This document shows, piece by piece, positions 1-9,600 of a stretch of 64,000 bases of DNA. The stretch comes from Acidobacteriota bacterium. Its GTDB lineage: Bacteria > Acidobacteriota > UBA6911 > RPQK01 > JAJDTT01. The stretch lies in the NCBI GenBank assembly GCA_965209055.1, contig OZ242374.1, positions 5,984,001 to 6,048,000 on the forward strand. The letters run 5' to 3'. Made by a program: the position numbers and the translations under genes. The first letter of the stretch is position 1. Each line of letters begins with the position of its first letter. The notes under the pieces were generated by a model. It was not told where the DNA came from, searched no databases, and saw only the letters and a program-made list of their open reading frames with translations.

Positions 1-366
1 CGCGCCGTCGTTGGCTCCCACGAACTCGAAGGTGTCGTAGAACTTGCTGTCGTAGTGGCTGGCCAGAATCAGGACCCGTTCGTCGCGGCCGGGGAGAATG
101 CCCCGGACGTTGGCCATCCGCAGACGCCCCCGGGGCGTGACCGACCGGAAGGTGTGGGTGTCCACCTGAAGGCCCAGGGCTCCCAACTGTCCGGCAATGT
201 ACTCGCCCGCCTTCCGTTGGGCCTCCGATCCGGGAGGATGGGGACCGTGACGGACGATTTCCCGGGTGTGACGGAGCACCTGAAGCCCGTCGACACCGGC
301 TCCCTGGCCGCAACCGGCGGCAACCGCCAGCAGAATCAGAAGCCGGATGAAGAGTCCCTTGGGCAT
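1..366 (-). CDS. M28 family peptidase / glutaminyl cyclase-like lipoprotein (5' part, runs off window)
   Basis: Not in the ORF track. Manual minus-strand translation from ATG 366: MPKGLFIRLLILLAVAAGC (lipobox)...HPPGS...VLILASHYDSK...FVGANDGA, the M28 zinc-ligand region. Confidence 0.85.
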   Translation of the reverse strand, partial: MPKGLFIRLLILLAVAAGCGQGAGVDGLQVLRHTREIVRHGPHPPGSEAQRKAGEYIAGQLGALGLQVDTHTFRSVTPRGRLRMANVRGILPGRDERVLILASHYDSKFYDTFEFVGANDGA

Positions 367-514
367 GGTGTCGGGAGAACCGGCGCGAACGCCCGGCTGG
401 TGCAACGGAGGAACCAACGGAGCGCGGCGCCGGCCGAACTCCGTGGCGACTTTCGCCACGGACTGCTATCCTACATTGCTCAATTTCGTACTATACCCCA
501 GAAAGGAGCCGTTC

Positions 515-2596
515 ATGAACGTCTACGACAGCAGGGAGATCCGCAACATCGCCCTGATCGGACATGGGGACTCCGGCAAGACCACTCTGGCCAGCGCCAT
601 GCTCTACTCGGCCGGGGCAGTGAACCGCCTGGGTCGGGTGGACGACGGAAACACGGTCACCGACTACGACGAGGACGAGATTGCCCGGCGGATCACCATT
701 AACTCGGTCGTGGCCCACTGCGAGTGGAAATCCACCAAGATCAACATCATCGACACGCCGGGCTATCCGGCTTTCATCCTGGACGCCAAGTCCTCCCTGA
801 TGGGGGCCGACTCGGCCCTGCTGGTGGTCGATTCCACGGCGGGAGTCGAAGTGCAGTCGGAAAAGGCATGGGAGTTTGCCGAAGAGCATCGTCTGGCCCG
901 CGCAGTGGTCTTCAACAAGTTGGACCGGGACCGGGCCAGCTTCGAAAGGAGCCTGGAATCGGTCCACAAGTCCTTCGGCCGGACGGTGGTGCCGGTGCAG
1001 ATTCCCCTGGGCGAGGAGGCGTCCTTCCGGGGAATCATCGACCTGATCGGCGAGAAGGCCTACGTCTACGAATCCGACGGGAGCGGGGATTTCCAGGAAG
1101 CGGCCATTCCGGACGAGCTTCAGGGGGAAGCCGAGCAGCGCCGTGAAGAGCTGATCGAGATGGTGGCCGAGAGCGACGACGACCTGATGGAGAAGTACTT
1201 CGAGGAGGGCACGCTGACCCAGAGCGAGCTGGTTCAGGGGTTGCGGAGTTTCTTTGTCGACCGGTCCATCGTCCCCGCCTTCTGCGTGTCGGCGGGAAAG
1301 AATGCAGGGGTCAAGCAACTTATGGACGCCATGGTGGAGCTTTTCCCCAATCCCTTGGAAAGGACTCCCGTACCGGGCCTGACGGCAGGATCGGAGGAGG
1401 AGGCGGAACTCTCCATTTCCGCGGACGGCCCGGTTACCGCCTACGTCTTCAAGACCCTGGCCGATCCCTTCGCCGGGCGGATCAATCTGGTGAAGGCGAT
1501 CACCGGCACCATCAAGTCGGACTCGAACCTGCGCAACCGGACCGCCGGGTCCAACGAACGCCTGGGCTCGGTCCACATCCCCCAGGGAAAGACCTACGAA
1601 CCTGTCCCGGAGCTCCGGCCGGGAGACCTGGGCGCCGTGATGAAGCTGAAACATACGGCCACAGGCGACACCCTCTCGGTACCCACGGCCCCCAACATCG
1701 TCCGCAAGGTGGAGTTTCCCGAGGCCGCCATCAGCTTCGCCGTGGAGCCCAAGTCGCGGGGCGACGAAGACAAGATCGGCAACGCCATCGCCCGGGTGAT
1801 TGAGGAAGACCCCTCCATCTCGTTTCGCCGCGAAGCACAGACCAAGGAGTTTCTGCTCTCGGGCACCGGGCAGCTGCACGTTGAGGTGACGGTGGCCAAG
1901 CTGGAGCGCAAGTACGGCGTCAACGTCATTCTGAAACCGCCCAAGGTGCCCTACCGCGAAACCATTACGGGGAACGCCGACGTCCACGGGCGGCATAAGA
2001 AACAGACCGGGGGACACGGACAGTTCGGAGACTGCAAGATCCGGATGGAAGGGCTTCCCCGAGGGACCGGATTCGAATTCGAAAACGAGATCTTCGGCGG
2101 ATCCATCCCCAGACAGTTCATCCCCGCCGTGGAAAAGGGAGTTGTGGAGTCGGCGGCGAGGGGGTACGTGGCCGGGTACCCGGTGGTGGACTTCAAGGTC
2201 ACGCTCTACGACGGCAGCTACCACGAAGTGGACTCCTCGGAAATGGCCTTCAAGATCGCCGGATCGCTGGCCTTCCGGAAAGGCATGGAACAGGCCCGGC
2301 CGGTGCTGCTGGAGCCCATCATGAAGGTGGAGGTCTATGTGCCGGAGGAGAACTCGGGGGACATCATGGGCGACCTGAACTCCCGGCGGGGACGGATCCA
2401 GGGCATGGACATCAAGACCGGAATGCAGGTGGTCCAGGCCGAGGTGCCGCTGGCCGAGATGCTCAACTACGCGCCGACGCTGACCTCCATGACGGGAGGC
2501 CGGGGCAGCTTTCACATGGAGACGTCCCATTACGACATCGTCCCGCCGCACTGCGCCGAAAAGGTGATCGAGGAAGCCAAGCGGGACAAGAAGTAG
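515..2596 (+). CDS. fusA: Elongation factor G paralog (EF-G2-like)
   Basis: RNIALIGHGDSGKTT, DTPGY, NKLD, HKKQTGGHGQFG, GSYHEVDSSEMAFK. RBS GAAAGGAG at 501-508 supports ATG 515 rather than 347. Confidence 0.93.
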   Translation: MNVYDSREIRNIALIGHGDSGKTTLASAMLYSAGAVNRLGRVDDGNTVTDYDEDEIARRITINSVVAHCEWKSTKINIIDTPGYPAFILDAKSSLMGADSALLVVDSTAGVEVQSEKAWEFAEEHRLARAVVFNKLDRDRASFERSLESVHKSFGRTVVPVQIPLGEEASFRGIIDLIGEKAYVYESDGSGDFQEAAIPDELQGEAEQRREELIEMVAESDDDLMEKYFEEGTLTQSELVQGLRSFFVDRSIVPAFCVSAGKNAGVKQLMDAMVELFPNPLERTPVPGLTAGSEEEAELSISADGPVTAYVFKTLADPFAGRINLVKAITGTIKSDSNLRNRTAGSNERLGSVHIPQGKTYEPVPELRPGDLGAVMKLKHTATGDTLSVPTAPNIVRKVEFPEAAISFAVEPKSRGDEDKIGNAIARVIEEDPSISFRREAQTKEFLLSGTGQLHVEVTVAKLERKYGVNVILKPPKVPYRETITGNADVHGRHKKQTGGHGQFGDCKIRMEGLPRGTGFEFENEIFGGSIPRQFIPAVEKGVVESAARGYVAGYPVVDFKVTLYDGSYHEVDSSEMAFKIAGSLAFRKGMEQARPVLLEPIMKVEVYVPEENSGDIMGDLNSRRGRIQGMDIKTGMQVVQAEVPLAEMLNYAPTLTSMTGGRGSFHMETSHYDIVPPHCAEKVIEEAKRDKK

Positions 2597-2680
2597 TGGG
2601 AGCGGCGGCTTCCCTGCCGCCGAATGGGAGCGGCGACCTGGAGCGGCGGCTTTCCTGCCGCCGCACTCCCGCCGCACTCC
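2597..2680. repeat. REP-like palindromic repeat cluster (GAGCGGCGG-ctttcc-tGCCGCCG units), possibly also a terminator
   Basis: Two near-identical GC-rich hairpins immediately after the fusA stop; similar units near 13258, 26537 and 38678. Confidence 0.7.
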
Positions 2681-2794
2681 CAATGCAACATGGAAAAATG
2701 GGAAAATAAAAGCAGGCAACAAGAAGGCGCCCCACCCAATGCTCCATCCTGACCTCAACGGTATGCCGGGCGCCACATAGACTCTTCGACCACC

Positions 2795-3598
2795 ATGTTT
2801 CCCAAGCTGTTGGAAATCGGCCCCCTGACCCTTCACACCTATGGGGCGCTGCTGGCGGCCGCCTGCCTGTCGGCCATCTTTCTCTTCGCCCGGCTGGGCG
2901 CCCGCGACGGAGTGCCGCGGCAGCGGAGCTGGGACCTGGGATTCATCATCATCCTCTCGGCCATCGTCGGCGCCAAGCTGCTGATGATCTTGACCGACTG
3001 GGAAACCTATCTGATGCAGGACCCCTCAAGGTTCTTCACCCTGGGGTTCTGGCAGGCCGGCGGCGTCTACTACGGGGGACTGCTGGGCGCCACGGCCGCC
3101 AGCTATCTCTATGTCCGCCGGCAACCGTCCATGGACTTCCGGACGGTGGCCGACGCCGCGGGGCCGGCCATCGCCCTGGGGCAGACCATCGGCCGCCTGG
3201 GCTGTTTCGCGGCCGGATGCGACTACGGACAGCCCTGCTCGCTTCCCTGGGCGGTCACTTTCACCAGCGAGTATGCCCATCGCGTCGTGGGCGTGCCCAT
3301 CAATGTGGCGCTCCACCCGACCCAGCTCTACGAGTCGCTGGCCACCTTCACGCTGTTTCTCGTCCTGCTCTGGCTGCACGGGGCGAGGCGCTTCAAGGGA
3401 CAAGTCTTCGCCGCCTACCTCTTCTGCTACTCGATCCTGCGCTTCGGCATCGAGTTCTTCCGGGGCGACGCCGACCGGGGGTTCGTCTTCGGAGGGGCGC
3501 TTTCCACCTCCCAGTTCATCAGCCTGCTGCTGGTTCCCTGCGCCCTGCTGCTCTACCGCCACATGAGACGCAACCCGGTTCGGGCCCGCCGTGTCTGA
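2795..3598 (+). CDS. lgt: Prolipoprotein diacylglyceryl transferase
   Basis: YGALL, GGVYYGGLLG, GQTIGRLGCF, HPTQLYES, RFGIEFFR; multi-TM. Confidence 0.95.
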   Translation: MFPKLLEIGPLTLHTYGALLAAACLSAIFLFARLGARDGVPRQRSWDLGFIIILSAIVGAKLLMILTDWETYLMQDPSRFFTLGFWQAGGVYYGGLLGATAASYLYVRRQPSMDFRTVADAAGPAIALGQTIGRLGCFAAGCDYGQPCSLPWAVTFTSEYAHRVVGVPINVALHPTQLYESLATFTLFLVLLWLHGARRFKGQVFAAYLFCYSILRFGIEFFRGDADRGFVFGGALSTSQFISLLLVPCALLLYRHMRRNPVRARRV

Positions 3599-4553
3599 AC
3601 CGGAAGGAACCGGGACCGGAACCATCCGCCTCAGGGTGAGCTCCGGCGACGCGGGCCGGCGCCTGGACGCCTATTTGAGCCGCCGGCTCTCCCGGTTCAG
3701 CCGGAGCCGCATCCGGCGGTGGGTGGAAGAGAACCGGGTCCTGGTGCTGGGCCGGCGCCGCAAGCCCAGCTACCTGCTGCGCCCGGGAGACGAGATCCGC
3801 GTGGACCCGCCCCCGCCGCAGCCCACCGGCCTGACGCCCGAACCGATTCCCCTGAACGTGCTCTACGAGGACTCCTTCCTGCTGGTGGTGGACAAACCGG
3901 CGGGACAGGTGGTGCATCCGGGAGCCGGCAACTGGAGCGGGACCCTGGCCAACGCCCTGGCCTACCATCTGGAGAAGTTGAGCCGGGAGGAGACCGTCAG
4001 GCCGGGAATCGTGCACCGGCTGGACAAAGGGACCTCGGGACTCCTGGTGGTGGCAAAGACGGAGCGGGCGCACGATCATCTCTCCGGCCAGTTTGCCCGG
4101 CGGGAGGTCCGGAAGCGGTACCTGGCGCTGGTTTTCGGCGCGGTGGAGAAGGACCGCGGCGAGATCGACGTGCCGCTGGGGCGGCATCCCCGGTCCCGAA
4201 CCCGGATCTCGACCCGGACCCGCAAGCCGCGCTCCGCCCTGACCCGCTACCGGGTGCTCTCGCGGCATCCCGGCTTCACCTATCTGTCGGTCGCGCCCCA
4301 TACCGGACGGACCCACCAGATCCGGGTTCACCTGACCCACCTGGGGCACCCGGTGGTGGGAGACGGCACCTACGGCGGCCGCCGGCTTCGTCGACTGCCC
4401 GAATCGATCCGCGACTCGGAGATGGTGAAGCTGGGTCGGCACTTCCTCCACGCGGCCTCCCTGGCCTTCGTCCACCCCGCCACGGCCCGGCGGGTGCGCT
4501 TCGAGAGTCCCCTTCCGCCGGAGCTTGAAGCGGTTCTGGCGGTTTTGGAATAA
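3591..4553 (+). CDS. rluD: RluA/RluD family pseudouridine synthase
   Basis: N-terminal S4 domain, VVDKPAG, GIVHRLDKGTSG catalytic motif, TGRTHQIRVH, LHAASL. Confidence 0.92.
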   Translation: MSEPEGTGTGTIRLRVSSGDAGRRLDAYLSRRLSRFSRSRIRRWVEENRVLVLGRRRKPSYLLRPGDEIRVDPPPPQPTGLTPEPIPLNVLYEDSFLLVVDKPAGQVVHPGAGNWSGTLANALAYHLEKLSREETVRPGIVHRLDKGTSGLLVVAKTERAHDHLSGQFARREVRKRYLALVFGAVEKDRGEIDVPLGRHPRSRTRISTRTRKPRSALTRYRVLSRHPGFTYLSVAPHTGRTHQIRVHLTHLGHPVVGDGTYGGRRLRRLPESIRDSEMVKLGRHFLHAASLAFVHPATARRVRFESPLPPELEAVLAVLE

Positions 4554-5587
4554 TGAGGTGGCTCATGTCCTCAGAAAACCTCATCATCAGGCTGTTGATC
4601 GTCCTGTTCCTGACGACCGGCCTCCCGGCCCAGTCGGACACCGCCGCCGCAGACGATCCGCTGGAACCGTTCCGGGTGGAGGTGGAGGCGGTGAACGTCC
4701 TGGTTGCGGTCCATGACAAGAAGACGGGCCGGTTCGTCACCAACCTCTCGCCGCAGCACTTCATCGTGAAAGAGGACGGACGCCACCAGCGGATTACCAA
4801 CTTCGCCCCCCAGACCAACCTGCCGCTGACCATCGCCATCTGCGTGGACGCCAGCGCCAGCGTCCGGCTCAAGCTGGGTTTCGAGAAGGAGGTGGCCACC
4901 GATTTCCTCTTTGACGTGATGCGGCCCACCGACAAGGCGCTGCTGGTGGAGTTCGACACGGGCGTGACGCTGCTGCACGACTTCACCTCCAACCCCAACG
5001 CGCTGCTGGCCGAGATCGACAACTTGAGGGCGGGAGGAGGCACGTCCCTTTACGACGCCATCTACCTGATCTCGGAGCAGAAGATGCTGCAGGAGTACGG
5101 CCGCAAGACAATCCTGGTTCTCTCGGACGGGTCGGACCTGACCAGCACCCACAGCTTCGACGAGACGCTCCGGATGGCCTACCTGGCCGAATCCACCATC
5201 TACGCCATCAGCACCACCCGGTTCGGAGCGGGTGAGGACGCCAGAGGCGACGACGCCCTGGAAAAACTGACGGAGAGCACCGGCGGAACCGTCTTCTTCC
5301 CCCATTCCAGCAACAACCTTGCGGAGGCCTTCAAGACCATCGACACGGAGCTGCGGAGCCAGTACAACCTGACCTACGTCCCCACCAACAGGAAGAAGGA
5401 CGGAACCTTCCGGAAGATCGAGATCGAAGTGAAGGCGGACGACGTCCGGGTGCGGCATCGCGTGGGTTACTACGCCCCGTACGACCCCATGGACAAGTGG
5501 AAGCAGCGGGCCCTGGAACGGGAGCAGCGACGGTTCCAGAAAGAGCAGGAAGAGCGGGAAAAGGTCAAGGAAAAAAAGAACAAATAG
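4553..5587 (+). CDS. Secreted VWA domain protein (Acidobacteria-type)
   Basis: Signal peptide, DASAS MIDAS motif, GGTSLYDAI, LSDG, ELRSQYNLTY, DGTFRKIEI. Confidence 0.85.
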   Translation: MRWLMSSENLIIRLLIVLFLTTGLPAQSDTAAADDPLEPFRVEVEAVNVLVAVHDKKTGRFVTNLSPQHFIVKEDGRHQRITNFAPQTNLPLTIAICVDASASVRLKLGFEKEVATDFLFDVMRPTDKALLVEFDTGVTLLHDFTSNPNALLAEIDNLRAGGGTSLYDAIYLISEQKMLQEYGRKTILVLSDGSDLTSTHSFDETLRMAYLAESTIYAISTTRFGAGEDARGDDALEKLTESTGGTVFFPHSSNNLAEAFKTIDTELRSQYNLTYVPTNRKKDGTFRKIEIEVKADDVRVRHRVGYYAPYDPMDKWKQRALEREQRRFQKEQEEREKVKEKKNK

Positions 5588-5593
5588 GTCCGG

Positions 5594-6499
5594 TCAGAAG
5601 CTCAACCGCCGGATTCGCTTCCGGTGCCGCTCGCTCCAGAATTCGCCAAGCCTACGATAGTAGCGACCCGTTTCAGTTCGGCCCCGTTTCTCGGACCCTC
5701 CCGCCAGGATCTCCGACTTGCGGGCGATCTCGGCCGCAGTCCAGGCCTCCTGCTGCAGGCTGAGGACTCCGCTCTCCACGGTCTTCACCATGGCCCGGAC
5801 CCGGAAACGGTCCAGTCCCCACGTACTCCTGGAGAGCTGGTCGGCGTGGCCGCCGGTCTTGACCAGCAGGGGCCGGTCCACGAAGCAGATGGGATGGCGG
5901 GCGAACATGCGCAACCAGAGTTCATAGTCCTCGCAGACGGGGAAATCTTCGTCGAACATTCCGCAGCGGTCCAGGAGTTCTCGCGCGATGAGGATGGAGC
6001 TGGGGCTGATGACGCAGCGGGGGAGAGAGTAGCGGTAGACCCAGCCTCCGTACTTGCGGTGGATCTTCTTGGGATTCACCCGGCGGCCGCGGCGAATCCA
6101 GATCTCGTCGGAATGCACGGCCAAATAGCCCGGGTGAGACTCCAGGGCCGTGAGCTGTGCCTCCAGCTTCTTGGGAAGCCACGTGTCATCACTGTCGAGG
6201 AACGCGATCCAAGGGAATCTCGCCTGCTGAATTCCCAGGTTGCGGGCGGCGCTGACGCCCCGGTGTTCGGTCCGCAGGTACCGGATTCGCGGATCGCCGG
6301 GATTGGACCACTCCCGGTCCGTGCCATCGTTGGAACCGTCATCGACGATGAGAAGATCCCAGTCGCGGAAGGTCTGGGCCTGGACCGATTCCACCGCCCG
6401 CACCAGTATTTCCCGGCGATTGTGGGTGGGAATGATGACGCTGATGCCTGTCGCCGACACGGATCTTTTCCAATCTGACACGCCGCGGTCCGGACCCAA
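5594..6499 (-). CDS. Glycosyltransferase family 2 (start uncertain)
   Basis: ISVIIPTHNR, IVDDGSND, GVSAARNLG, FLDSDD, CEDYELWLR. Confidence 0.9.
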   Translation of the reverse strand: MGPDRGVSDWKRSVSATGISVIIPTHNRREILVRAVESVQAQTFRDWDLLIVDDGSNDGTDREWSNPGDPRIRYLRTEHRGVSAARNLGIQQARFPWIAFLDSDDTWLPKKLEAQLTALESHPGYLAVHSDEIWIRRGRRVNPKKIHRKYGGWVYRYSLPRCVISPSSILIARELLDRCGMFDEDFPVCEDYELWLRMFARHPICFVDRPLLVKTGGHADQLSRSTWGLDRFRVRAMVKTVESGVLSLQQEAWTAAEIARKSEILAGGSEKRGRTETGRYYRRLGEFWSERHRKRIRRLSF

Positions 6500-6676
6500 C
6501 TTGATTTTCCCCCACCGGTGGCGTTAACTACCTCCGTGGCTCGAATGAGCAATTGCCCGCAAAGATTCACGGAATTGGAGGTCTGGAGTCAACGGCTCGG
6601 CGAAGTCGGTCCAGGCCCTCTCTTACCCGAAAGCCCTCACAAGCCCTAACAGATCAATCCTTGGTCTGAACCTCGG

Positions 6677-9600
6677 TTGTCCAACAACCGGACTGTTCTC
6701 TTTCGAGAAGTCGCCTGGCCGGAGTCTCGGGAAATCCTCTGTACCAGTGCAGATCGAAGGAGTGCCCCAGTGTCTTTACGCTACCGAATTCTGCGCCCAT
6801 TGGAACCCGGCCCGGACTTGCGAGTCTACTTGGCCGTTGACGAATGGGATACCGCCCGTTCCAAAGTTCTGAGCCTGCTGCCGGGAAAGATGACCTCCCC
6901 AACCGGCCTCCGCGATGTGGAGCGCTTGTACGACATTCGTACGGCGCTCGACCATCCATGGCTCCATCCGGTCCAAGACATCGCATTTCGAGGGAAACGC
7001 CCCGGGTTCATCTGCGACTTCCTGGCCCGGAAACTCATTGACAAGAAGGGAGGACACCTGACGCCCTGCCAAGCCATCAAGTTTTCCGTGCAACTCGCAG
7101 AGTTGCTGTCCTTTCTTCACCACAGGAATTTCCTCTGCGGCTACCTGAGGCCTTCCCATCTCTTCGTGGGGAAGTCTGGGGATCTGCTTCTCAACCTGCC
7201 GGCTCCCAAGCAGCGTCCGGCCGGAAAATCCTGGCAGACCCAAGCCATTCGGTATGCCTCACCGGAGTGGATCAGCGACCGCACCGCATCGAAGGAAAGC
7301 GACCTCTACTCGTTGGGGATGGTTCTTTACCGACTGTTTACGGGCCACGCTCCCTATATGGGGACGGACTCCGGGACCCTGCGCCAGAAACAGATCCTCT
7401 CCTACCCGGTCCGCCCCCGGATGCTGAATCCCGACATCCCGGCCAGGGTGGAACAATTGATTCTGGATTTGATTCAGAAGGACCGGGAGTTTCGACCCTC
7501 TTCCGCCAACCATGTGAGTGCTGCGCTCCAGGCCGGCGATCGCTTGTCCGCCCCTCCCACCCCTCCATTCCGAACTGCGCTTGTCGGCCGGGAAGATGAG
7601 TCCACGACGCTCCGTGAAATCCTGGATATCCACATCCGGAATCCGAAACCTCGATGGGTCTCTATCGCCGGACACAGCGGAATCGGAAAAACGGCCCTGA
7701 TGGAACGGGTCGAAACGGCGGCGCGGCTCCGGCGAGCCACAACGTTCTCAGTGAGCCATCATCCGGGAGACGGAGCCCTGGACGCATTCCAGTCGGATTC
7801 CGAACCTGGCCAGCGCTGGCGGTTCACCGACGCTTGGAGGGAGGCGGGAAACACGACGCAACTCACCCATTGCCTACTCTCGTTTCTAAGGAAAGCGTCG
7901 TCCCTCGCTCCAGTCGTCTTTTGCATCAACGACCTGCAGTGGATGGATGAGGTTTCCCTGGAACTCTATCGACGAGCGCTTCGAAACGACCCCATTTCCA
8001 TTCTCTTCGTTGCCAACTACCGTACCGATGAACGGCCCGGACACTGGAAGACGTTGAAACTGGAGTTGGAACGGTTCGGACAATTGGACGAGGTCCGGCT
8101 GGCGCGCCTCCATCTCCTCGAGTCGGAGCGCCTCGTCGAATCGTTGCTTGGAGGTCCCGACCCAGCCGCTGTCCCTGCGATACTTCGGGAAAGCACCGGC
8201 ATTCCGCTCTATATTCGTGAGTCTCTCCGCCATATGCGCGAGACGGGACAATTGGCGTTTCGTTCGGGGCGGTGGAGGTCTGCACCGTTCCAAACCAGGA
8301 GTTCGTTCCTGCCGGCGGGCGCATCCAGGAAGATCACCGCCCATCTGAATCGGCTCACGCCGGAGCAAAGAGAAATCCTGGATCATCTGGCCCTCATCGG
8401 CAAACCGATTTCAGCAGCCGGACTTGCACGCATTCTTCAGACCTCGGACGAATCCCTCTCGGAGAAGATCCACGCCCTGGAACGCCTCAATCTGGCTTGC
8501 GTCTCGGGACGCCTCCATGCTCCCGTCTTCTCGGTGGCTCACAATTGGACCGCTCGGACCATCGTCCGACGAGTCGGGGACTCTCCGTCCAAATGCCGAC
8601 AGATTCACAAACGGATCGGCAGTGTCCTCGAGAGGCGGTTCCAGAGGTCGAATGACACTCTCGTTCTGCAGGACTTCGTGCGCCACTACATAGGCGCACA
8701 CGAAATCGGAAAGGTGAGGCAATACATTTGGGCAGCCCTGCTCCGGTTGTGCGAGCGACGAGCATACGCGGACGCGTCCGGACTGCTTCGTCTCGCGCGG
8801 CGCCTGGGAGCGCTGCCCATGGACAGCCGGGACCGCGTCAAGAAATCGGCTGAGATCATGTACGTGGGCGGGAGCCTGAAGGAGTGCCGGGACTTCTGCT
8901 TGAAGCAACTCGATTCCGGACCATCTCAGCCGGATGATCGCGTGTATCTCCTCTCAATGGTCGCCCGGATCCACATCCACGTCGGGAGCATGAAGCGAGG
9001 AATGGAGGCTCTTCAGGAAGCCCTCGGCATCCTGGAACATTCTCCCACCGAATTCTTGAAAGGAGAACTCCAGGCCAAGTGGCTCGACGCCATGAGCCGG
9101 ATGGGAAAGCATCCGGAGGCCGGGCCGGTGGCCGCTCAAATGCTGGCTCAGAGCCAAAAGAACAAGGCACTGGCGGAGAAGTATCATCCCGCCTTCGCCT
9201 CCCTCGCGTGGGCCAACGGGGACCTGGACCAAGCCACCCATTGGCAACTGGCGTCCGTTCGATCAGCGATCCGACGACATCGATCGATCAGCCTGGGCAG
9301 GAGAATCGCGGACCTTTCCGTCCTCTATTCCGATCGCGGCCAATTCAAAGCAGCCCGAAACTCAGCCCGATACAGCCTGTCTCTGGCCAGCGAATACGGC
9401 AATCCCGAAGTGGTGATTCTGGCGCAGAAAGCGCTGGCGATCCACAGCCGAAAGCTGGGTCACCACAGACATGCGGCGCGGCGATTGAGGGATTTGATCG
9501 CCCGGAACCGGGGCTTGAATCAGAACCGGCATACTGAAGTCGAACTCCAGATCGAACTGACGAAAAACCTGAACCATCTGTTGGATCTGGAGACCGCGGT

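Noticed and set aside
491-2836. Long antisense and alternate-frame ORFs (e.g. 491-2836, 24593-26803, 32849-34990, 36342-38672, 38859-40814)
   Set aside because: Shadow ORFs of well-supported genes, expected at high GC; no motifs
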